Assembly (NCBI GenBank): GCA_964372865.1
Contig: CAYJRW010000003.1
Span: 1 to 33,302, forward strand
Direction of reading: 5' to 3'
Length of the DNA: 33,302 nucleotides
Source of the DNA: an uncultured Candidatus Saccharibacteria bacterium
Lineage (GTDB): Bacteria; Patescibacteriota; Minisyncoccia; Minisyncoccales; 2-12-FULL-40-12
The translations under genes and the position numbers were made by a program. Position 1 is the first letter of the stretch. The number at the start of each line of letters is the position of its first letter. Positions 1 through 7,293 of this stretch are shown piece after piece. Below the pieces are notes generated by a model. That model saw nothing but the letters and a program-made list of their open reading frames with translations. It made no database searches and was not told where the DNA came from.

Positions 1-1516
1 AATCTTTTAAGATTTGAGGTCTTTCTAAGGTTTTTACTTCTGAATGAAGCCATTGCGCCTGAATACCTTCTTGGGCCAAGTAATCAGACAAAGCTTCAGC
101 TAATCTTTTGGTGAGGGTTATGGCTAAAACCCGCTGTTTTTTCGCCGCGCGATTTTTTATTTCTTTAATTAAATCCTTAATCTGGTTTTTGGTCGGCCGA
201 ACTTCTATTGACGGCTCCAAAAGCCCTGTAGGTCTGATTAACTGCTCAACAATATATCCCGCAGATTTTTTCTTTTCCTCCAGGGCTGGGGTGGCGGAAA
301 CATAAATTGCTTGCTTGACTCTATTTTCAAATTCTCCAAAAGTCAAAGGGCGGTTGTCAAGAGCAGAAGGCAGTCGGAAGCCGTATTCAATTAACGTTTC
401 TTTGCGCGCCCTGTCCTGAACCGCCATAGCGTGAAGCTGAGGCAGGGTTTGATGTGACTCATCTATGAATACTAAGAAGTCTTTTGACGAGTGAAGCGAA
501 GCAGAGCTCGTCGAGAGATGAGACGAAGTCTCAGCGAACGGGAAATAATCAAGCAAAGCGTAAGGAGCTTGGCCGGGTTTCCTGAATTCCAAGTGCCTTG
601 AATAATTTTCAACGCCATGGCAGTAGCCGGTTTCTTTGAGTATTTCCAAGTCGTAATTTGTTCTTTGCTCCAAGCGCTGCGCCTCCAGCAACTTCTTTTG
701 CTTTCTTAATTTTTTAAGCTGCTCTTGCAATTCCAATTTTACATTTTCAATGGCAATTCCCAACCTATCTTGCGGTGTCACCCAAAAATTAGCAGGGAAC
801 AATCTAAAAGAATCTAGAATATAGAATCTAAAATCTAGAATATCGCCCTTGCCTTTTAAAACATTGATTTTATCGCCGGAAAATTCAATTTGTAGAATCT
901 TTTTTCCGGTAACCAAGTAAATTTCAACAATCTCTCCCCTCACGCGAAAAGTTCCTGGTTTAAAATCAACATCGTTTCTTTGATACTGCAGAGAAGTTAA
1001 ATGCGAAAGAAGACTCCTTCTTTTTATTTTTTGACCTGATTTTATCTCCAGAGAAACCTGCTGGTAGATCTCTGGCGAGCCAATATTGTAAATGCAAGAG
1101 ACCGAGGCAACCACAACAACATCCTTTCTGGTTAAAACGTCTTGAGTTGCTGCGTGGCGCAACCTATCAATTTCTTCATTTATCTTGGCATCTTTTTCAA
1201 TATATGTATCTGTCTGGGGGATGTATGCCTCTGGTTGGTAATAATCATAGTATGAGACAAAAAAATGAACTCCGTTTTCCGGAAAAAATTCTTTGAATTC
1301 CTGATAAAGCTGGGCTGCTAAAATTTTATTAGGCGATATTACCAAAGTTGGTTTTTGCGTTTTTTCAACGACAGCAGCCATAGCGTATGTCTTGCCTGAG
1401 CCCGTCACTCCCAAAAGCACCTGGTCTTGAACTCCGGCCTGTAAATTTTTAACCAATTTTTCAATAGCTTGAGGCTGATCGCCCTTGGGATTAAATGGAG
1501 AAACAAGCTTAAACAT
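1..1516 (-). CDS. uvrB: Excinuclease ABC subunit B (UvrB), N-terminal ~505 codons; the 3' end runs off the window
   Basis: Absent from the ORF track, presumably because it has no stop in the window. Reverse translation from the ATG (complement of 1514-1516) reads MFKLVSPFNPKGDQPQAIEKLVKNLQAGVQDQVLLGVTGSGKTYAMA (Walker A). Hand-verified further on: YCHGVENYSRHLEFRKPGQAPYALLDYFP...DFLVFIDESH (DESH box). Confidence 0.9.
   Translation of the reverse strand, partial: MFKLVSPFNPKGDQPQAIEKLVKNLQAGVQDQVLLGVTGSGKTYAMAAVVEKTQKPTLVISPNKILAAQLYQEFKEFFPENGVHFFVSYYDYYQPEAYIPQTDTYIEKDAKINEEIDRLRHAATQDVLTRKDVVVVASVSCIYNIGSPEIYQQVSLEIKSGQKIKRRSLLSHLTSLQYQRNDVDFKPGTFRVRGEIVEIYLVTGKKILQIEFSGDKINVLKGKGDILDFRFYILDSFRLFPANFWVTPQDRLGIAIENVKLELQEQLKKLRKQKKLLEAQRLEQRTNYDLEILKETGYCHGVENYSRHLEFRKPGQAPYALLDYFPFAETSSHLSTSSASLHSSKDFLVFIDESHQTLPQLHAMAVQDRARKETLIEYGFRLPSALDNRPLTFGEFENRVKQAIYVSATPALEEKKKSAGYIVEQLIRPTGLLEPSIEVRPTKNQIKDLIKEIKNRAAKKQRVLAITLTKRLAEALSDYLAQEGIQAQWLHSEVKTLERPQILKD
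482..541. repeat. Palindromic dispersed repeat, copy A, in-frame inside uvrB
   Basis: Encodes FAETSSHLSTSSASLHSSK between DYFP and DFLVFIDESH, where canonical UvrB has only ~3 residues. Contains hairpins GACGAG..CTCGTC and GAGAC-GAA-GTCTC. The 18-nt core GAGACGAAGTCTCAGCGA (520-537) is identical to 2443-2460. Confidence 0.7.
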
Positions 1517-1530
1517 GGTAATATGACAAC

Positions 1531-2826
1531 ATGTTCGCTGAACTTCGTTCATCTCACGCCCTTTGCTTCGCTCGGGCGAAAGATTTGATTAGAAAATTTA
1601 TTCCTTCTTTTTTGTTGAGTTGGTATCACTTCACTTTAGCATTTTTCGGAGCTGTTTTCTATGGGTTTCCTTCAAGGCGTATTAAAGTAATCGGAGTGAC
1701 CGGCACCAACGGTAAAACCACGACAACCGAGATGATTTCAAGGATTTTGGAGGAAGCAGGATACAAAGTCGCCTTGATGAATTCCATTAGGTTTAAGATT
1801 GGCGGCAAGGAAGAGCAAAATATGTTTAAAATGACTATGCCTGGCCGTTTTTTTATTCCGAGATTTTTAAGGAGGGCGGTAAATAACGGCTGTAAATTTG
1901 CTGTTTTGGAAGTTACTTCTGAAGGGATAAAACAGCATCGGCATCGCTTTATTAATTTTAATACCGCGGTTTTTACCAATTTGACACCAGAACACATTGA
2001 AGCTCACGGCTCTTTTGAAAAATACAGAGCGGCTAAAGCAGAGCTTTTTAAATCCTGTAAGAACATTCACATCATTAATCGGGACGACCCAAATGCAGAT
2101 TATTTCTTGCAGTTTCCCAGCGCCAAAAAATTTCTTTACAGCATAAAAGGCAAAAATTCGCTGCTTGACAGCACAAAACTTTTGGGCGAGTTTAACGTTT
2201 ATAACGCTTTGGCGGCAGCTAAAGTCGGTTTGTCGCAAGGAGTTGTTTGGGAAGCTTGCAAAAAAGCAATAGGAAAAATTGAAGTAATTCCGGGCAGAAT
2301 GGAAGAAGTGATTTCCGAACCTTTTAAAGTTTTTGTTGACTACGCATTCACTCCCAACGCTTTGGAAAAGGTATACCAAACGCTAAATTCAAAATTCAAA
2401 ATTCAAAAACTACGCCGAGCTTCGCGAGGCGAAGGGGAAGACGAGACGAAGTCTCAGCGACCTTCAAAATTAATTTGTGTTTTGGGTTCTACTGGCGGCG
2501 GCCGTGATAAATGGAAAAGGCCGGTTTTGGGCGAAATCGCTGCTAAATATTGCGATGAGATTATTGTGACTAATGAAGATCCTTACGACGAGATTCCAAT
2601 GGAAATTATTGAAAAAGTGTCTCAGGGAGCCGGAGGAAAGGCAGAAAAAATTTTAGACAGACGGGAGGCAATTAGAAAAGCGCTTGAGTTGGCAAAACTG
2701 AACGATGTGGTGATAATCACAGGCAAGGGTTCAGAACCCTGGATGTGTGTCCAAGGCGGCAAAAAAATTTCGTGGGACGACAGACAAATTGTCAGGGAAG
2801 AATATGAAAAAATACGAAATACTTGA
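1531..2826 (+). CDS. murE: Mur ligase, short MurE-type UDP-N-acetylmuramoyl-tripeptide synthetase
   Basis: 431-aa ORF with GVTGTNGKTTT P-loop, GSTGGGRDKWKRP and ITGKGSE motifs. The first ~18 codons are repeat copy C, so an in-frame TTG at 1585 (MIRKFIPSFLL...) is an alternative start. Confidence 0.8.
   Translation: MFAELRSSHALCFARAKDLIRKFIPSFLLSWYHFTLAFFGAVFYGFPSRRIKVIGVTGTNGKTTTTEMISRILEEAGYKVALMNSIRFKIGGKEEQNMFKMTMPGRFFIPRFLRRAVNNGCKFAVLEVTSEGIKQHRHRFINFNTAVFTNLTPEHIEAHGSFEKYRAAKAELFKSCKNIHIINRDDPNADYFLQFPSAKKFLYSIKGKNSLLDSTKLLGEFNVYNALAAAKVGLSQGVVWEACKKAIGKIEVIPGRMEEVISEPFKVFVDYAFTPNALEKVYQTLNSKFKIQKLRRASRGEGEDETKSQRPSKLICVLGSTGGGRDKWKRPVLGEIAAKYCDEIIVTNEDPYDEIPMEIIEKVSQGAGGKAEKILDRREAIRKALELAKLNDVVIITGKGSEPWMCVQGGKKISWDDRQIVREEYEKIRNT
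1534..1582. repeat. Palindromic dispersed repeat, copy C, inverted relative to copy A, in the uvrB/murE divergent spacer
   Basis: GTTCGCTGAACTTCGTTCATCTC matches the reverse complement of copy A (GTTCGCTGAGACTTCGTCTCATCTC) apart from two differences (one indel). Followed by hairpin CGCCC..GGGCG. Confidence 0.6.
2383..2466. repeat. AAATTCA x3 tract plus palindromic dispersed repeat, copy B, in-frame inside murE
   Basis: Encodes NSKFKIQKLRRASRGEGEDETKSQRPS between ALEKVYQTL and KLICVLGSTGGGRD. This spacer is ~21 aa longer than in E. coli MurE as I recall it. Shares the 18-nt core with copy A. Confidence 0.65.
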
Positions 2827-3211
2827 GCATAAGGCCGATTTGAAAATCAGGGTTTTTGGCAAAATAAAAAAAGAGCTTTTCTCAAACGCTGTTTTGGGCA
2901 TGGAAGACGGCCTTCGGCCTAAACTAAAAACGCAAATCGCAAAACGCAAAACTATAACAATACAATCTCTCGATTTATCGTCTCTTTTGGTTGATTTTTT
3001 GAGCGAGGTTTTGTATTCGATTCAAACCAATAGGGAAATATACAATAAAATAAAATATATTAAATTTTCAGACACAGAGATTAAGGCTGAACTCTCAGGC
3101 AAAAAAGCGGAAAGATTTAACCAAGATATAAAGGCAGTAACTTATCACAACTTAGAGATTAAACAAGAACCAAACGGAGCATGGACTGCCACCGTGTTAT
3201 TTGATATATAA
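2804..3211 (+). CDS. Archease (RtcB activator)
   Basis: MKKYEILEHKADLKIRVFG... and a C-terminal VTYHNLEI motif typical of archease. ATG at 2804 lies inside the track ORF 2747..3211, overlaps the murE end and is immediately upstream of rtcB. Confidence 0.8.
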   Translation: MKKYEILEHKADLKIRVFGKIKKELFSNAVLGMEDGLRPKLKTQIAKRKTITIQSLDLSSLLVDFLSEVLYSIQTNREIYNKIKYIKFSDTEIKAELSGKKAERFNQDIKAVTYHNLEIKQEPNGAWTATVLFDI

Positions 3212-3215
3212 ATGT

Positions 3216-6155
3216 ATGATTTCAAAAAAGGATTTCAGAAAAATTAACGATTATCTCTGGGAGATCCCAAAAGAACTCAGGCAAGATATGCAGGTTCCGG
3301 CCAGAGCTTACGTTTCAGAAAAAATGCTGGAAGAAAGTTTTAAAGACAGATCTCTTGAGCAGTTGGTAAATGTTGCCACACTACCCGGAATTCAAAAATA
3401 TGCTTTGGCAATGCCGGATATGCATGAGGGCTACAGCTCGCCTATTGGCGGAGTCGCGGCAATCAGAACGTCTGACGGAATTATTTCGCCAGGAATGTGC
3501 GTATCCGGAGATACAAAAGTTCTCCATAGTTTGGGGTACTACTTGCCAATTCGTAACTTTGAAAATAGAAGATCAGACGAGTTAGCTTGTTTTGCTTTTG
3601 ATAGTAAAAAAAGGGAAAGCGGCTCAACATCAAGGTTTTTCAAATTAAAAGTTAACCCATCTATCTTTATAGTAACCACAAAAACCGGCAAGAAAGTTAA
3701 GGCCACCGGCGACCATCCTTTTTATACTCAGGCTGGAATGCGGCCCCTTAAAGACCTCAAGGTAGGAGCTAAAGTTGCCATTTATCCTTTTGAGGGCGTG
3801 CCTTATGAAGAGCCCAAAGAAGAAATACTTGTTGACGAAGAGAAGATAAGAAAATCATGGACCTCTTTAAGTCAAAATCCAACAGGCCATGGTTTGGAGC
3901 AGGTTTTAAATCGATTAAGAGCTAGGGAGCTTCTTCCGCTCAAAACCACTTCTTGGCAGCTCCCTTATTTACTTAAAATTATGGGATATTTACTGGGTGA
4001 TGGAGTAATGTACTTTGAGAACAAAAAGGAGAGGGGAGCCATTGGGTTTTACGGAGATAAAGCAGACCTAAATTTGATAAAGAAAGACCTTAAGAAAATT
4101 GGAATCAACGGAATAGTCATGGAGCGTTCAAGAAAGCATAAAATCACAACTTTTTATGATACATATAAGTTTGATAGAGTCGAAACTAGTTTAAGAGTCC
4201 GCTCCAGCAGTTTGACTATTTTGCTGCAAGTTTTGGGAATGCCTCTTTACAAAAAAACAAGTCAGGACTTTACCCTGCCGAAATGGTTATTCGGACTTCC
4301 TTTGTGGCAAAAGAGATTGTTTATAGCCGGCATTTTTGGGGCGGAATTGAGCTCGCCAAAAACTCTTACGGGGCATGGGTTTAATTTTTATACGCCGATT
4401 ATGGGCATTAATAAAAATAAGAAATTTTTAGAAAGCGCCAAAGAAATCCTCAGGCAGATTTCTTCTATTTTGAATGAGTTTGGTGTACAAACACTCAAAA
4501 TAAGCCAAAGAAGAGAATTATTTAACAAAAACGGCGAGGTTTATCGGGCAAGATTAATTTTATCGGCTAAACCTGACAGCCTTATTAACCTCTGGAGCAA
4601 AGTTGGCTATGAGTATCACCAGGGGAAACAATTTTTAGCCAGTGTAGCCGCTCACTTTTTAAAAACAAAGCAAGATTTTATTAGAAACAAAATTTTATCA
4701 CAAGGAATTAAGTCTCGGAAAGGGCTGATTAAATTCAAAGAGTCAGATGCTGACATTCTTAAGAGACTAATAGAAAAAGGTGGCAGAACATTAGCCCGAC
4801 CTTTTGCTGGCCAATTCTCTACTTTTAATGAGTTCATAAAAATTGTTACTAAGGGTCTTGGCAAAAGCGGCGCTGTATGGGATGAAATTGAGAGAGTTGA
4901 GAAAAATGCCTTTCAAGATTTTGTTTATGACTTTACGGTAAATCACCCCGACCATAATTTCGTCGCCAACAATTTTGTGGTTTCAAATTGCGGGTATGAC
5001 ATTAACTGCGGCATGAAGTTTTTGAAGTCAGAATATACCGAAGAAGAAATTAGGCCTTACCTGGAAAGTTTGGCAACAGAAATTCAAAAAGAGGTTCCTT
5101 CAGGACTGGGCAGGGGAGGACAAATTAAATTAAGTGTTGGGCAAATAGATAAACTTTTAGAAGGCGGAGCTCCTAAATTGGTAGAGCAAGGTTATGGTGA
5201 AAAAGATGATGCCGAAAATTGCGAAGCCAGAGGAGGATTAGAGTGGGCTGATTCTTCTGTGGTTTCAGACCGCGCCAAACATCGCGGGAGAGATCAGGTT
5301 GGTACTCTTGGTTCGGGCAACCACTTTTTGGAGCTTCAAAGAGTTGATGAAATTTTTGATAAAGTCGCGGCTAAGGCCTTTGGCCTCTTCGAGGAGCAAG
5401 TCGTTATTATGGTTCATACAGGTAGCCGAGGTCTGGGCCATCAGGTATGCACAGATTATCTAAGAGAATTTATTCCTTTAATGGAGAGGAAATATAAAAT
5501 CATGGTCCCAGACAGAGAATTTGCCTGCGTTCCTTTTAATTCGCCAGAAGGCCAGAGATATTTTTCTGCAATGGCAGCAGCAGCCAACTACGCCTGGTCT
5601 AACCGCCAGATGATTGCGCATTTTGTCAGAAAGGCCTGGGAGGCTGTTTTGGGAAAGAAAACTTCTGGACTTTTGGCTCTATATGATGTAGCCCACAATA
5701 TCATAAAAAAAGAAAAATATTCCATTGACGGCAAGGACACAGAAGTCGCTGTTCACAGAAAAGGTGCTACCAGGGCTTTTCCGCCGGGGCATTATGAAAT
5801 TCCGGAAAAATATCGCGATGTCGGGCAGCCAGTAATAATACCAGGCTCCATGGGCACTGCTTCATATATTTTAGCTGGGACGAAAGAAGGAGAACAAGCA
5901 TGGTATTCCACGTGTCACGGAGCAGGCAGAACAATGTCTCGGAAGGAAGCAACAAGACGGCTGTCTGGACAAGAAGTCGTAAAAAAGTTAGAATCAAAAG
6001 GAATTGTGGTGAAGTGCTGGTCATTGCGAGGAATAGCCGAAGAAGCTCCTCAGGCATACAAGGATGTAGATAGCGTTGTTGACGTGGTTCACAATGCCGG
6101 CCTTTCAAAAAAGGTGGCGCGGCTGGTGCCTTTGGCCGTTATTAAGGGAGAATAA
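3216..6155 (+). CDS. rtcB: RNA-splicing ligase RtcB, interrupted by an intein (extein ~482 aa)
   Basis: Extein motifs MPDMHEGYSSPIGGV, GYDINCG, GSGNHFLE, HTGSRGLGHQV and STCHGAGR. The track ORF starts at TTG 3201; the first in-frame ATG is 3216. Confidence 0.9.
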   Translation: MISKKDFRKINDYLWEIPKELRQDMQVPARAYVSEKMLEESFKDRSLEQLVNVATLPGIQKYALAMPDMHEGYSSPIGGVAAIRTSDGIISPGMCVSGDTKVLHSLGYYLPIRNFENRRSDELACFAFDSKKRESGSTSRFFKLKVNPSIFIVTTKTGKKVKATGDHPFYTQAGMRPLKDLKVGAKVAIYPFEGVPYEEPKEEILVDEEKIRKSWTSLSQNPTGHGLEQVLNRLRARELLPLKTTSWQLPYLLKIMGYLLGDGVMYFENKKERGAIGFYGDKADLNLIKKDLKKIGINGIVMERSRKHKITTFYDTYKFDRVETSLRVRSSSLTILLQVLGMPLYKKTSQDFTLPKWLFGLPLWQKRLFIAGIFGAELSSPKTLTGHGFNFYTPIMGINKNKKFLESAKEILRQISSILNEFGVQTLKISQRRELFNKNGEVYRARLILSAKPDSLINLWSKVGYEYHQGKQFLASVAAHFLKTKQDFIRNKILSQGIKSRKGLIKFKESDADILKRLIEKGGRTLARPFAGQFSTFNEFIKIVTKGLGKSGAVWDEIERVEKNAFQDFVYDFTVNHPDHNFVANNFVVSNCGYDINCGMKFLKSEYTEEEIRPYLESLATEIQKEVPSGLGRGGQIKLSVGQIDKLLEGGAPKLVEQGYGEKDDAENCEARGGLEWADSSVVSDRAKHRGRDQVGTLGSGNHFLELQRVDEIFDKVAAKAFGLFEEQVVIMVHTGSRGLGHQVCTDYLREFIPLMERKYKIMVPDREFACVPFNSPEGQRYFSAMAAAANYAWSNRQMIAHFVRKAWEAVLGKKTSGLLALYDVAHNIIKKEKYSIDGKDTEVAVHRKGATRAFPPGHYEIPEKYRDVGQPVIIPGSMGTASYILAGTKEGEQAWYSTCHGAGRTMSRKEATRRLSGQEVVKKLESKGIVVKCWSLRGIAEEAPQAYKDVDSVVDVVHNAGLSKKVARLVPLAVIKGE
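3498..4988 (+). mobile_element. Full-length intein (497 aa) with LAGLIDADG homing endonuclease domain, in rtcB
   Basis: Begins CVSGDTKVL after ISPGM. Block B is ATGDHPF. LAGLIDADG motifs are MGYLLGDGVMY and IAGIFGAELSS. Ends NNFVVSN followed by +1 Cys (CGYDINCG). Junction codons were located by hand at 3498 and 4986-4991. Confidence 0.85.
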
Positions 6156-6219
6156 TAGAAAATGCAAAATTACAGTCCAAAATTCAAAATTTTTGGAAAT
6201 GTAAAAAGGGTTTTTTTAT

Positions 6220-6381
6220 ATGGCATCAAAGAAGCTTCCCAAAGGTCTGCGGAAATTTATCCGCAAAGAGAAAGCCAGGATTCGCCGGGAGGTTTTAGAT
6301 ATAAAAGAGCAGGAAAAACAAATCCAAAAACTATATGAAAATACAAGAAATTTTCAACTTAGCGCTAAAAATAGGCATTGA
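6220..6381 (+). CDS. Possible small basic protein (53 aa), [53 protein letters not shown]
   Basis: ATG ORF below the track threshold, in the rtcB/NIF3 spacer. Lys/Arg rich. Overlaps the next gene start by 47 nt. No SD seen. Confidence 0.3.
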   Translation: MASKKLPKGLRKFIRKEKARIRREVLDIKEQEKQIQKLYENTRNFQLSAKNRH

Positions 6382-7291
6382 TGCTGATTTTCGCGGCAGA
6401 GAAGCAGTTGAGAAATTACTTCAAAGAAGAAAAGAAAAATATGAAAAGCTTTCAGACAGAGAGAAGGAAGAATTTGATTTGGAGTCCCTGACCAATCCCT
6501 ATTCTGACACCAGGATTTTGAATATAGCCAAAGACCAAGAAATAAAGAAGGTTTTGGCGGGCATTGACATAGAACCCGCGGAAATCCTTTTGGCAAAGGA
6601 AATCGGAGATATTGACTTGATAATCTCACACCATCCAATGGGCAAAGCTTTGGCCGACTTGCACGAAGTAATGGAACTGCAGTGCGACGTTTTGAATCAG
6701 TACGGCGTTCCCATAAACATTGCCGAAGGGCTAATGAAACCTAGAATAGACGAAGTAGCAAGGGGCATTAACGCAAGAAACCATCAAAGAACGGTTGATA
6801 CCGCAAAAATTTTGGGATTCAATCTAATGTGCGCGCATACCGCGACAGACAATTTAGCGGCCAAGTTTTTAAAAGAGAGAATTGAAAAGCAAAACGGAAT
6901 TATGCGCTTGGAGGACTTGCTGGAGCTTTTAAAGGGCGTTCCTGAATACCAGGAAGCGGCAAAAGTTGCGGTGGGACCAAAGATATTCGTAGGAGACCCT
7001 GAAAGAAGGTGCGGCAAAATAGCTTTAACCGAGGTAACCGGAGGAACTGAAGGCTCTCCAAAACTCTTTGAAAAAATGGCTCAAGCAGGTATTGGCACGG
7101 TCGTTGGTATGCACGTTTCAGAAGAGCACAAAAAAGAAGCAGAAGCCGCAAATTTAAACGTGGTTATCGCAGGACATATGAGTTCTGACTCAATAGGAGT
7201 CAATCTGTTTTTAGATGAGCTGGAAAAAAGAGGAATTGAAATAGTGCCTTGCTCAGGGCTGATTAGAGTTTCAAGAGTTAAAAGTAGCTAA
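6335..7291 (+). CDS. NIF3 (YbgI/GTP cyclohydrolase 1 type 2 homolog) family dinuclear-metal protein
   Basis: 318-aa ORF with N-terminus [21 protein letters not shown] and motifs IISHHPMG and AGHMSSD, typical of the family. Confidence 0.7.
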   Translation: MKIQEIFNLALKIGIDADFRGREAVEKLLQRRKEKYEKLSDREKEEFDLESLTNPYSDTRILNIAKDQEIKKVLAGIDIEPAEILLAKEIGDIDLIISHHPMGKALADLHEVMELQCDVLNQYGVPINIAEGLMKPRIDEVARGINARNHQRTVDTAKILGFNLMCAHTATDNLAAKFLKERIEKQNGIMRLEDLLELLKGVPEYQEAAKVAVGPKIFVGDPERRCGKIALTEVTGGTEGSPKLFEKMAQAGIGTVVGMHVSEEHKKEAEAANLNVVIAGHMSSDSIGVNLFLDELEKRGIEIVPCSGLIRVSRVKSS

Positions 7292-7293
7292 AA

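Noticed and set aside
108-305. Plus-strand 65-aa ORF inside the uvrB region
   Set aside because: It is antisense to a clearly recognisable UvrB coding sequence.
800-845. Repetitive AATCTAAAA/GAATCTAGAAT tract inside uvrB, considered as a CRISPR-like array or a further in-frame insertion
   Set aside because: The units are ~10 nt, irregular and contiguous, so there are no spacers. The encoded segment GDKINVLKGKGDILDFRFYILDSFRLFPANFWVT has the same length as the equivalent UvrB segment I recall, so no net insertion is evident.
1531-1584. N-terminal 18 codons of the murE track ORF, and likewise 13403..13516 of the pyrH track ORF, as genuine coding sequence
   Set aside because: Both extensions consist of copies of the palindromic intergenic repeat. 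Orthologous proteins start at about the position of the internal TTG 1585 and ATG 13517. The call is kept open for murE because no internal ATG exists.
2731-7151. Assorted short antisense or off-frame track ORFs inside murE, rtcB and the NIF3 gene (for example 1659..1997, 1867..2379, 3370..3585, 4652..4864, 5767..6108, 6354..6638, 6784..7017, 6900..7151)
   Set aside because: All are nested within strongly supported genes on the other strand or frame, and none has a recognisable motif.
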